Shown here piece after piece: positions 11,150 through 18,058 of a stretch of 32,000 nucleotides of DNA. Numbering within the stretch: the stretch's first letter is position 1; the number at the start of each line of letters is the position of its first letter. The translations under genes were made by a program, and so were the position numbers. The notes beneath the pieces are model-generated. The model did no database searches and was not told where the DNA came from. It was given only the letters and a program-made list of their open reading frames with translations. The DNA lies in NCBI RefSeq assembly GCF_000039765.1, contig NC_004459.3, forward strand, positions 240,001 through 272,000, in the 5' to 3' direction. Source of the stretch: Vibrio vulnificus CMCP6. Lineage in GTDB: Bacteria > Pseudomonadota > Gammaproteobacteria > Enterobacterales > Vibrionaceae.

Positions 11150-11740
11150 TTGAGTCAACAGATCAAACTTCTTGTCGGCCTTGCTAATCCTGGGCCTGAA
11201 TATGCCAAAACTCGCCACAATGCGGGCGCTTGGGTAGTAGAAGAACTGGCACGCGTTCACAACATTACGCTAAAGAATGAAGCAAAGTTCTATGGCTTAA
11301 CAGGACGTATTGTGATGAATGGTCAGGAACTGCGTTTACTGATTCCTACTACTTTTATGAACCTTTCTGGTAAAGCCATTGCTGCATTGGCAAAGTTTTA
11401 TCAGATTCAACCAGAAGAGATCATGGTCGCGCATGACGAACTGGATCTTCCTCCTGGTATCGCAAAGTTCAAAAAAGGTGGTGGCCATGGTGGCCACAAT
11501 GGTTTGCGAGATACCATTAGTAAACTGGGCAACAATAAAGAATTCTACCGTCTACGGATCGGCATTGGCCATCCTGGACACAAAGATAAAGTAGCGGGTT
11601 TTGTACTGGGTAAAGCACCTGCTAGTGAACAATCCTTACTCGACGCTACCGTCGACGAATCTGTTCGCTGCTTGGATATTTTGATCAAAGATGGTCTATC
11701 CAAAGCACAAAACCGCCTCCACACGTTCAAAGCTGAATAA
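11150..11740 (+). CDS. pth: Peptidyl-tRNA hydrolase
   Basis: Motifs [16 protein letters not shown] and [12 protein letters not shown] start at 11150 gives 196 aa beginning (M)[14 protein letters not shown], matching homolog N-termini. The track start 11048 lies inside the prs terminator hairpin. Confidence 0.9.
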   Translation: MSQQIKLLVGLANPGPEYAKTRHNAGAWVVEELARVHNITLKNEAKFYGLTGRIVMNGQELRLLIPTTFMNLSGKAIAALAKFYQIQPEEIMVAHDELDLPPGIAKFKKGGGHGGHNGLRDTISKLGNNKEFYRLRIGIGHPGHKDKVAGFVLGKAPASEQSLLDATVDESVRCLDILIKDGLSKAQNRLHTFKAE

Positions 11741-11750
11741 GGTTACAATC

Positions 11751-12842
11751 ATGGGTTTTAAATGTGGCATCGTTGGCTTGCCAAACGTTGGTAAATCAAC
11801 TCTGTTTAACGCACTGACTAAAGCGGGTATTGAAGCCGCTAACTTCCCGTTCTGTACAATCGAACCAAACACTGGCGTGGTACCAGTGCCAGATTTGCGT
11901 TTAGACGAATTGGCAAAAATCGTAAACCCACAACGTATTCTGCCAACCACGATGGAATTCGTTGACATTGCAGGTCTAGTAGCTGGCGCATCTCGCGGCG
12001 AAGGTCTGGGTAACAAATTCCTAGCCAACATCCGTGAAACGGACGCAATTGGTCACGTAGTTCGTTGTTTTGAAAACGAAAATATTGTTCACGTTGCAGG
12101 CAAAGTCTCTCCAATCGAAGATATCGAAGTGATCAACCTTGAACTGGCCATGGCTGACCTTGATTCTTGCGAACGCGCCATTCAACGCCAAGCGAAGAAA
12201 GCGAAAGGCGGCGATAAAGACGCGAAATTCGAACTGACTGTTCTAGAAAAGCTGCTTCCTGTCCTCACCGAAGGTGGCTCTGCACGTACTGTAGAACTGT
12301 CTAAAGAAGAACTTGCCGCCGTTGGTTACCTAAACTTCCTAACACTGAAGCCAACCATGTACATCGCTAACGTGAATGAAGATGGCTTCGAAAACAACCC
12401 ATACCTAGACGCGGTTCGCGAGTTTGCAGCGAAAGAGAACAACGTGGTTGTTCCTGTTTGTGCCGCGATCGAATCAGAAATGGCAGAGCTGGAAGATGAC
12501 GAGCGTGCAGAATTCCTAGCGGATATGGGCATTGAAGAACCAGGCCTAAACCGCGTAATCCGTGCAGGTTACGAATTGCTGAGCCTACACACATACTTTA
12601 CTGCGGGTGTGAAAGAAGTTCGTGCATGGACTATCCCTATCGGTGCGACCGCACCAAAAGCGGCAGGCAAGATCCACACCGATTTTGAGAAAGGCTTCAT
12701 CCGTGCAGAAGTGATTGCCTACGATGATTTCATTCAATTTAAAGGTGAAAACGGAGCAAAAGACGCAGGTAAGTGGCGTCTAGAAGGCAAAGAGTACATC
12801 GTTAAAGATGGTGATGTGGTTCATTTCCGTTTCAACGTTTAA
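11751..12842 (+). CDS. ychF: Ribosome-binding ATPase YchF (Obg-family)
   Basis: 363 aa from ATG 11751 ([18 protein letters not shown]-loop), the same length as E. coli YchF. The track start 11691 overlaps the pth 3' end and adds 20 non-homologous residues. Confidence 0.95.
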   Translation: MGFKCGIVGLPNVGKSTLFNALTKAGIEAANFPFCTIEPNTGVVPVPDLRLDELAKIVNPQRILPTTMEFVDIAGLVAGASRGEGLGNKFLANIRETDAIGHVVRCFENENIVHVAGKVSPIEDIEVINLELAMADLDSCERAIQRQAKKAKGGDKDAKFELTVLEKLLPVLTEGGSARTVELSKEELAAVGYLNFLTLKPTMYIANVNEDGFENNPYLDAVREFAAKENNVVVPVCAAIESEMAELEDDERAEFLADMGIEEPGLNRVIRAGYELLSLHTYFTAGVKEVRAWTIPIGATAPKAAGKIHTDFEKGFIRAEVIAYDDFIQFKGENGAKDAGKWRLEGKEYIVKDGDVVHFRFNV

Positions 12843-12879
12843 TTGTTTGTTTAAACTTTAAACAACTCAATCGAATACA

Positions 12880-12908
12880 AAGCCAGCCAGATCGCTGGCT
12901 TTTTTATT
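12880..12908 (+). terminator. Rho-independent terminator after ychF
   Basis: aagccagc (12880-12887) / gctggctt (12894-12901) with loop cagatc, followed by tttttatt. Confidence 0.85.
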
Positions 12909-13020
12909 GGCTGAGAAAAAAGTTCATATTAAGTTATTCAAACCAAGTCAATTTGTTAGCACTTTTCGATCACAAACGCGCCTCTTTGTTTAAAAAGAAA
13001 GCGAACGATTTGTTTATCCC

Positions 13021-13075
13021 GATTTATTTAAAAAAACTGTTGACGGTTGTGACGCAACTCCTCATAATGCGCCCC
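13021..13075 (+). promoter_or_regulatory. Strong sigma70 stable-RNA-type promoter of the tRNA operon, with an AT-rich UP-like element and a GC-rich discriminator
   Basis: -35 TTGACG (13040-13045), exact 17-bp spacer, -10 CATAAT (13063-13068), then gcgcccc (13069-13075). Upstream A/T tract is gatttatttaaaaaaac (13021-13037). The first tRNA starts about 50 nt downstream. Confidence 0.8.
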
Positions 13076-13124
13076 GTTCCCAACGAGACAGCGATGAAAC
13101 GAAAGGAACGGAAAACATGGTTTT

Positions 13125-13201
13125 GGCTACGTAGCTCAGCTGGTTAGAGCACATCACTCATAATGATGGGGTCACAGGTTCGAATCCCGTCGTAGCCACC
13201 A
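13125..13201 (+). tRNA. metT: tRNA-Met (CAU), elongator type
   Basis: 77 nt. Acceptor GGCTACG/CGTAGCC, anticodon loop CTCATAA, T-loop TTCGAAT, encoded CCA. Near-identical to the E. coli metT/metU sequence as I recall it. Confidence 0.95.
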
Positions 13202-13239
13202 TCCCTAAGAACTTTTTTAAAGAGTTATTAGGAATAGTT

Positions 13240-13324
13240 GCGGAAGTGGCGAAATTGGTAGACGCACCAGATTTAGGTTCTGGCGCCGCGAGGTGTGAGA
13301 GTTCGAGTCTCTCCTTCCGCACCA
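13240..13324 (+). tRNA. leuW: tRNA-Leu (UAG), class II with long variable arm
   Basis: 85 nt. Acceptor GCGGAAG/CTTCCGC, anticodon stem CCAGA/TCTGG, loop TTTAGGT, variable arm CGCCGCGAGGTGT, T-arm GAGAG-TTCGAGT-CTCTC, encoded CCA. Confidence 0.95.
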
Positions 13325-13334
13325 TGTTTTCAGC

Positions 13335-13409
13335 AGGTCTATCGCCAAGCGGTAAGGCAGCGGCTTTTGATGCCGCCATTCCCTGGTTCGAATCCAGGTA
13401 GACCTGCCA
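13335..13409 (+). tRNA. tRNA-Gln (UUG)
   Basis: 75 nt. Acceptor AGGTCTA/TAGACCT (A1:U72), anticodon stem GCGGC/GCCGC, loop TTTTGAT, T-arm CCTGG-TTCGAAT-CCAGG, discriminator G, encoded CCA. Confidence 0.95.
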
Positions 13410-13440
13410 ACTATTTAAGTGAAAACCTTTTATAAAGGGG

Positions 13441-13469
13441 TTGTCACTGAGAGAGAGAATAGTTATATT
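13441..13469 (+). promoter_or_regulatory. Candidate internal sigma70 promoter inside the tRNA array (TTGTCA-17 bp-TATATT)
   Basis: -35 TTGTCA (13441-13446), 17-bp spacer, -10 TATATT (13464-13469), 17 nt upstream of tRNA-Met copy 2. The -35 overlaps the 3' arm of a 29-nt hairpin (13419-13447). Confidence 0.35.
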
Positions 13470-13486
13470 GTCTCGCTCCAAAAGAT

Positions 13487-13563
13487 GGCTACGTAGCTCA
13501 GCTGGTTAGAGCACATCACTCATAATGATGGGGTCACAGGTTCGAATCCCGTCGTAGCCACCA
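13487..13563 (+). tRNA. tRNA-Met (CAU), elongator, copy 2
   Basis: Identical over 77 nt to 13125..13201. Confidence 0.95.
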
Positions 13564-13605
13564 TTCCTAAACATTCTCTTCATTGAGAGTTTTTAGGAAT
13601 AAAAT

Positions 13606-13690
13606 GCGGAAGTGGCGAAATTGGTAGACGCACCAGATTTAGGTTCTGGCGCCGCAAGGTGTGAGAGTTCGAGTCTCTCCTTCCGCACCA
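13606..13690 (+). tRNA. tRNA-Leu (UAG), copy 2 (variable-loop variant GCAA)
   Basis: 85 nt. Differs from copy 1 only at 13656 (A instead of G) in the variable-arm loop. Confidence 0.95.
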
Positions 13691-13744
13691 TTATTTAAGT
13701 TTCTAGTCGATGATTAGAAACGGATAGTGAAAGCTATCAACTGC

Positions 13745-13819
13745 AGGTCTATCGCCAAGCGGTAAGGCAGCGGCTTTTGATGCCGCCATTCCCTGGTTCG
13801 AATCCAGGTAGACCTGCCA
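13745..13819 (+). tRNA. tRNA-Gln (UUG), copy 2
   Basis: Identical over 75 nt to 13335..13409. Confidence 0.95.
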
Positions 13820-13864
13820 CTATTTAGCTATTGAGATGATTATCTTAATTAGCAGACAATTTAT

Positions 13865-13949
13865 GCGGAAGTGGCGAAATTGGTAGACGCACCAGATTTA
13901 GGTTCTGGCGCCGCGAGGTGTGAGAGTTCGAGTCTCTCCTTCCGCACCA
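13865..13949 (+). tRNA. tRNA-Leu (UAG), copy 3
   Basis: Identical over 85 nt to copy 1. Confidence 0.95.
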
Positions 13950-13960
13950 TAAATTGTTGT

Positions 13961-14037
13961 GGCTACGTAGCTCAGCTGGTTAGAGCACATCACTCATAAT
14001 GATGGGGTCACAGGTTCGAATCCCGTCGTAGCCACCA
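13961..14037 (+). tRNA. tRNA-Met (CAU), elongator, copy 3
   Basis: Identical over 77 nt to 13125..13201. Confidence 0.95.
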
Positions 14038-14081
14038 TTCCTAAACATTCTCTTCATTGAGAGTTTTTAGGAATAAATAAT

Positions 14082-14166
14082 GCGGAAGTGGCGAAATTGG
14101 TAGACGCACCAGATTTAGGTTCTGGCGCCGCAAGGTGTGAGAGTTCGAGTCTCTCCTTCCGCACCA
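14082..14166 (+). tRNA. tRNA-Leu (UAG), copy 4 (variable-loop variant GCAA)
   Basis: Identical to copy 2 (A at 14132). Confidence 0.95.
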
Positions 14167-14220
14167 TTATTTACGTTTCTGAGCAATGTTCAGAAACCGA
14201 TAGCGTAAGCTGTCAGCTGT

Positions 14221-14295
14221 AGGTCTATCGCCAAGCGGTAAGGCAGCGGCTTTTGATGCCGCCATTCCCTGGTTCGAATCCAGGTAGACCTGCCA
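14221..14295 (+). tRNA. tRNA-Gln (UUG), copy 3
   Basis: Identical over 75 nt to 13335..13409. Confidence 0.95.
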
Positions 14296-14339
14296 CTATT
14301 TAGCTATTAAGACAATGTCTTGATGCATGAAAATTCGAT

Positions 14340-14424
14340 GCGGAAGTGGCGAAATTGGTAGACGCACCACATTTAGGTTCTGGCGCCGATAGGTGTGAGA
14401 GTTCGAGTCTCTCCTTCCGCACCA
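14340..14424 (+). tRNA. tRNA-Leu (UAG), copy 5, divergent (anticodon-stem mismatch); function uncertain
   Basis: 85 nt. C at 14370 where all other copies have G, creating a C:C opposite C14380 in the anticodon stem. The variable-arm loop is GATA (14389-14390 AT instead of CG). The rest is identical. Confidence 0.75.
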
Positions 14425-14479
14425 TCGAATTTCTTTTCTAAGCGAACACTTAGAAAACGATAGCAAAGCTGTCATCTGT

Positions 14480-14554
14480 AGGTCTATCGCCAAGCGGTAA
14501 GGCAGCGGCTTTTGATGCCGCCATTCCCTGGTTCGAATCCAGGTAGACCTGCCA
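14480..14554 (+). tRNA. tRNA-Gln (UUG), copy 4
   Basis: Identical over 75 nt to 13335..13409. Confidence 0.95.
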
Positions 14555-14599
14555 CTCATTCGTTATTAAGACTCTGTTTTGATAACAACACAAATCGAT

Positions 14600-14684
14600 G
14601 CGGAAGTGGCGAAATTGGTAGACGCACCAGATTTAGGTTCTGGCGCCGCGAGGTGTGAGAGTTCGAGTCTCTCCTTCCGCACCA
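14600..14684 (+). tRNA. tRNA-Leu (UAG), copy 6
   Basis: Identical over 85 nt to copy 1. Confidence 0.95.
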
Positions 14685-14740
14685 TCGATTTGAATTCTAA
14701 GCAACGACTTAGAAAACACGATAGCAATGCTGTCATCTGC

Positions 14741-14815
14741 AGGTCTATCGCCAAGCGGTAAGGCAGCGGCTTTTGATGCCGCCATTCCCTGGTTCGAATC
14801 CAGGTAGACCTGCCA
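14741..14815 (+). tRNA. tRNA-Gln (UUG), copy 5
   Basis: Identical over 75 nt to 13335..13409. Confidence 0.95.
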
Positions 14816-14859
14816 CTATTTAGCTATTAAGACGTTGTCTTGAAAGCACACAATTTGAT

Positions 14860-14944
14860 GCGGAAGTGGCGAAATTGGTAGACGCACCAGATTTAGGTTC
14901 TGGCGCCGCGAGGTGTGAGAGTTCGAGTCTCTCCTTCCGCACCA
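14860..14944 (+). tRNA. tRNA-Leu (UAG), copy 7
   Basis: Identical over 85 nt to copy 1. Confidence 0.95.
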
Positions 14945-14953
14945 TCATTGAAC

Positions 14954-14983
14954 AAAACCCAGCTTAGGCTGGGTTTTGTTTTA
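14954..14983 (+). terminator. Rho-independent terminator of the tRNA operon
   Basis: Perfect 10-bp stem aaaacccagc (14954-14963) / gctgggtttt (14968-14977) with loop ttag, followed by gtttt. Confidence 0.9.
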
Positions 14984-15028
14984 TCTGACGTTCTTATCTT
15001 CATTACATTGTTCATTGTTTGTGAAAAC

Positions 15029-15057
15029 AAAAAAAAAGCGAACTCGATGAGTCCGCT
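15029..15057 (-). terminator. Rho-independent terminator downstream of ubiF (minus strand)
   Basis: On the minus strand: agcggac-tcatcga-gttcgct (7-bp stem, one mismatch), followed by a run of nine T (plus-strand A-run 15029-15037). Confidence 0.7.
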
Positions 15058-15105
15058 TTCCTTTCCTGATACAAACGCTCGTTTATGAGCCCTCTCCCAA
15101 TGCCA

Positions 15106-16254
15106 TCACATTCCTAGCGCATATTTCAACACTTGATGTTTGATAGGCCCAGAGTGCTCAGCCAACTTGAGGGCTGCGTTACGAACCAATTTTAATGGGG
15201 TGATATCGTTACTAAAGCCTTTGTAGAACAGATCCATCCCAGTTTGCATTAGCAAGTTGTCCGCATAGCGTGCTTTCTGATAGGCCGCTTGTTGAGCCAC
15301 TGTCAAAGGTTGGTTTTCCGTCGCCTTGAGTAACGCTTCAACGTCTTTAAAACCAAGATTGACGCCTTGGCCGGCTAATGGATTGATCGTGTGGGCCGCA
15401 TCCCCAAGCAACAAACAATTTTGTTGATAATAGGCTTGTGCATGTCGTCGGGTTAATGGGAAAGAATCCCAGTACAACACGTCAAACTCTCCCAATTCAT
15501 CAGGGAAATGACGAATAATTTCCTGTTTCAGCTTTTCTGCGCTCATGGCTGACAATTCGCGAATACGTTTGGGTGAATCGTACCAAACCAAAGAACCTTG
15601 CTGGCCTTTCAATGGCAAAAAAGATCGTGGGCCACTTGGGGTAAATTGCTGCCAAGTGATCGCCTGTTGCGCAGATTCCGTCGCAATATTGATCAACATA
15701 CAATGCTGGCGATAATCCCATGCGGTAATGCCAATGCCAGCCAACTCACGCACCTGAGAGTTGGCACCATCTGCGCCAATGACCCAAGAGGCTTCAATTT
15801 CTAAACCACTCTCAAGCGTCAACGTGTTGAACTCATCGAACTCAAGACGCTTCAGTTTATCTGGGCATTGCAGAGTCAAATTCGGGTACTGAGCAAACTC
15901 TTGCCACAACCCCAATTGAATGAGACGGTTTTCCACAATGTAACCTAGCTGCTCCAAATTGAGTTCATCGCTGTGAAAACGTGTACGACATTCTGGGTGC
16001 TCCCAGGTTTCTAACCGTTTGTAGGGGCAAACTCGAGTTGCTTGAATATGTTGCCAGGCCCCTAGCGATTCCAGCAAACGCACGGAGTTGTGGGAAATGG
16101 CGGACACTCGGATGTCCATCGGTTGGCTTGCTTCAAACGCTTTCGGCTCAAACCCTTCAACCACGATGACTTTTCTGCCTTGTTTGGCAAATCCGATGGC
16201 CACAGCCGCACCTACCATGCCGCCACCGACGACGGCAATGTCGTATTTATTCAT
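15106..16254 (-). CDS. ubiF: FAD-dependent ubiquinone-biosynthesis hydroxylase (UbiF-type, UbiH/COQ6 family)
   Basis: FAD fingerprint DIAVVGGGMVGAA and GDAAHTINPLAGQG. Blocks shared with E. coli UbiF: RLETWE, WQQFTP.GPR.FLPL, LVWYDSP.RIR, MDLFY.GFSN, LKYALG. It sits next to miaB and the metT-type tRNA operon, as ubiF does in E. coli. Start is ATG 16252-16254 (MNKYDIAVVGGG) with AAGAG 6 nt upstream. The track start 16326 adds 24 residues ahead of the Rossmann fold. Confidence 0.88.
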   Translation of the reverse strand: MNKYDIAVVGGGMVGAAVAIGFAKQGRKVIVVEGFEPKAFEASQPMDIRVSAISHNSVRLLESLGAWQHIQATRVCPYKRLETWEHPECRTRFHSDELNLEQLGYIVENRLIQLGLWQEFAQYPNLTLQCPDKLKRLEFDEFNTLTLESGLEIEASWVIGADGANSQVRELAGIGITAWDYRQHCMLINIATESAQQAITWQQFTPSGPRSFLPLKGQQGSLVWYDSPKRIRELSAMSAEKLKQEIIRHFPDELGEFDVLYWDSFPLTRRHAQAYYQQNCLLLGDAAHTINPLAGQGVNLGFKDVEALLKATENQPLTVAQQAAYQKARYADNLLMQTGMDLFYKGFSNDITPLKLVRNAALKLAEHSGPIKHQVLKYALGM

Positions 16255-16293
16255 CTTGTACTCTTGATCAACTTGATTCAAAGACGGTTTTGC

Positions 16294-16322
16294 ATTGTAC
16301 GTTTTACTGGCAAGTTTGCGAA
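16294..16322 (-). promoter_or_regulatory. Candidate sigma70 promoter for ubiF (TTCGCA-17 bp-TACAAT)
   Basis: On the minus strand, -35 TTCGCA is at 16322-16317 and -10 TACAAT at 16299-16294, with a 17-bp spacer. It lies inside the track's N-terminal extension, which supports the shorter ubiF start. Confidence 0.35.
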
Positions 16323-16449
16323 ACACTTTGTCCCTATCAAGCGGCTTAGGTCACTCAGTTTCCATCGACAAAAACCTTAGAAAACCAAGGCGAAATACCT
16401 GACAAGACCCTAGATAAAATCAGGCTTTGCGAAGAATTCACCAGATCAC

Positions 16450-16478
16450 TAGTCAGTAGGTTTTTAAAGCAGTACAAT
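16450..16478 (+). promoter_or_regulatory. Candidate sigma70 promoter for miaB (TAGTCA-17 bp-TACAAT)
   Basis: -35 TAGTCA (16450-16455), 17-bp spacer, -10 TACAAT (16473-16478). This implies a leader of about 75 nt. Confidence 0.35.
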
Positions 16479-16510
16479 ACGCCGCTTACCGCCGTGATGG
16501 CGGCTATACT

Positions 16511-16527
16511 TTGAACAATTTGTTCAA
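16511..16527. repeat. Perfect 8-1-8 palindrome TTGAACAA-t-TTGTTCAA in the miaB leader
   Basis: ttgaacaa (16511-16518) and ttgttcaa (16520-16527) are exact reverse complements. The palindrome ends 33 nt upstream of the miaB ATG. Confidence 0.9.
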
Positions 16528-16560
16528 CGAATTTTTAGTATTAACACGAGCGAAAGTGAG

Positions 16561-17985
16561 ATGAGTAAGAAACTGCTAATTAAAACCTGGGGTTGCCAGA
16601 TGAACGAATACGATTCATCGAAAATGGCGGATCTGCTGAACGCAGCAAATGGCTACGAATTGACAGAAGAACCAGAAGAAGCAGATGTTCTATTACTTAA
16701 CACCTGTTCGATCCGTGAAAAGGCGCAAGAAAAAGTGTTCCACCAGCTTGGCCGTTGGAAAACACTCAAAGATAAAAAGCCAGGCGTCGTGATCGGTGTT
16801 GGTGGTTGTGTAGCAACACAGGAAGGCGATCACATTCGTGAACGTGCACCTTTTGTTGACGTTATCTTTGGCCCGCAAACCTTGCACCGTCTTCCTGAAA
16901 TGATCAAACAATCACAAAGTGAAGATGCACCAGTGATGGACATTTCATTCCCAGAAATCGAGAAGTTTGACAGTCTGCCAGAACCACGTGCAGAAGGCGC
17001 AACCGCATTCGTTTCTATCATGGAAGGCTGTTCTAAGTACTGTACTTACTGCGTAGTGCCTTACACTCGTGGTGAAGAAGTCAGCCGCCCAATGGACGAT
17101 GTGCTTTACGAAATCGCGCAACTTGCCGAGCAAGGTGTTCGCGAAGTCAACCTGCTAGGCCAAAACGTAAACGCATACCGTGGCCCAACGCACGATGGTG
17201 AAATCTGTTCTTTTGCAGAACTGCTTCGCCTTGTTGCGTCTATCGATGGTATCGACCGTATTCGCTTTACCACCAGCCACCCACTTGAGTTCACCGATGA
17301 TATCATCGCTGTCTACGAAGATACGCCAGAGCTGGTGAGCTTCCTTCATCTACCAGTACAAAGTGGTAGCGATCGCATTCTGACGATGATGAAGCGTCCT
17401 CACACTGGCATCGAATACAAGTCGATCATTCGTAAACTGCGTAAAGCGCGTCCTGATATCCAAATCAGTTCTGACTTTATTGTTGGCTTCCCAGGTGAAA
17501 GCGACAAAGATTTCCAAGACACCATGAAGCTGATCAAAGATGTCGACTTTGACATGAGCTTCAGCTTCATCTTCTCTCCTCGCCCTGGTACTCCTGCGGC
17601 AGATTACCCATGTGATCTTTCAGAAGAGACGAAGAAAGAGCGCTTGTACGAACTGCAACAACAAATCAACGCACAAGCCATGCGTTACTCTCGCCTCATG
17701 CTAGGCACAGAGCAGCGTGTACTGGTTGAAGGCCCTTCTAAGAAGAACTTGATGGAGCTACGTGCTCGTACAGAAAACAACCGTGTAGTAAACTTTGAAG
17801 GTAGCGCAGATCTGATTGGTCAGTTCGTTGATGTGAAAATTACCGATGTATTTGCGAACTCACTGCGTGGTGAGATTGTACGTACTGAAAAAGATATGGA
17901 CCTACGTAGCGTGATTTCGCCAACACAAATGATGGCCAAAACACGCCGCGAAGATGAGCTAGGTGTAGCGACATTTACGCCATAA
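16561..17985 (+). CDS. miaB: tRNA-2-methylthio-N6-dimethylallyladenosine synthase (radical SAM methylthiotransferase)
   Basis: 474 aa, as in E. coli MiaB. N-terminus [26 protein letters not shown], radical-SAM CSKYCTYC, and a C-terminal TRAM domain. Confidence 0.97.
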   Translation: MSKKLLIKTWGCQMNEYDSSKMADLLNAANGYELTEEPEEADVLLLNTCSIREKAQEKVFHQLGRWKTLKDKKPGVVIGVGGCVATQEGDHIRERAPFVDVIFGPQTLHRLPEMIKQSQSEDAPVMDISFPEIEKFDSLPEPRAEGATAFVSIMEGCSKYCTYCVVPYTRGEEVSRPMDDVLYEIAQLAEQGVREVNLLGQNVNAYRGPTHDGEICSFAELLRLVASIDGIDRIRFTTSHPLEFTDDIIAVYEDTPELVSFLHLPVQSGSDRILTMMKRPHTGIEYKSIIRKLRKARPDIQISSDFIVGFPGESDKDFQDTMKLIKDVDFDMSFSFIFSPRPGTPAADYPCDLSEETKKERLYELQQQINAQAMRYSRLMLGTEQRVLVEGPSKKNLMELRARTENNRVVNFEGSADLIGQFVDVKITDVFANSLRGEIVRTEKDMDLRSVISPTQMMAKTRREDELGVATFTP

Positions 17986-18004
17986 GCTCGTATTAATCGC
18001 CATT

Positions 18005-18030
18005 GAGAGCCTGGTTGTTATCAGGCTCTC
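18005..18030 (+). other. Intercistronic stem-loop between miaB and ybeZ (no U-tract)
   Basis: Perfect 9-bp stem GAGAGCCTG (18005-18013) / CAGGCTCTC (18022-18030) with 8-nt loop, followed by gttaagtgg rather than a T-run. Confidence 0.7.
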
Positions 18031-18058
18031 GTTAAGTGGCAGACAATGAGAGGCAACA

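Larger units (their letters stand above)
13125..14944 (+). repeat. Tandemly amplified tRNA modules (Met-Leu-Gln / Leu-Gln dyads)
   Basis: Leu-Gln dyads recur with a 258-260 bp period (Leu starts 14082, 14340, 14600, 14860). Met2-Leu2 (13487-13690) is duplicated almost exactly at 13961-14166. Confidence 0.9.

Noticed and set aside
13158-14761. Track ORFs 13158..13481(-), 14296..14559(-), 14566..14754(-) and 14579..14761(+)
   Set aside because: They lie entirely across tRNA genes and spacers. Their repetitive 'protein' sequences are just translations of tRNA repeats.
13125-14944. Regular repeat-spacer periodicity that could be mistaken for a CRISPR array
   Set aside because: Each 'repeat' is 75-85 nt and folds as a canonical tRNA with an encoded CCA. 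There are three interleaved repeat families, and no cas genes or leader are present.
15016-15029. parS-like sequence tgtttgtgaaaaca
   Set aside because: It lacks the central CACGTG of the 16-bp TGTTNCACGTGAAACA consensus. It is 14 bp long with only 5-bp arms.
14945-15105. Possible genomic-island integration at the 3' end of the tRNA array (tRNA genes are common att sites)
   Set aside because: There is no integrase and no duplicated tRNA 3' fragment. Only two terminators and 160 bp separate the array from ubiF.
16263-16281. Tandem CTTGATCAA / CTTGATTCAA repeat with FNR-like TTGAT half-sites in the ubiF leader
   Set aside because: The half-sites are arranged as direct repeats rather than as TTGAT-N4-ATCAA, so this is not an FNR box. 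It may simply be part of the 5' UTR/RBS region.
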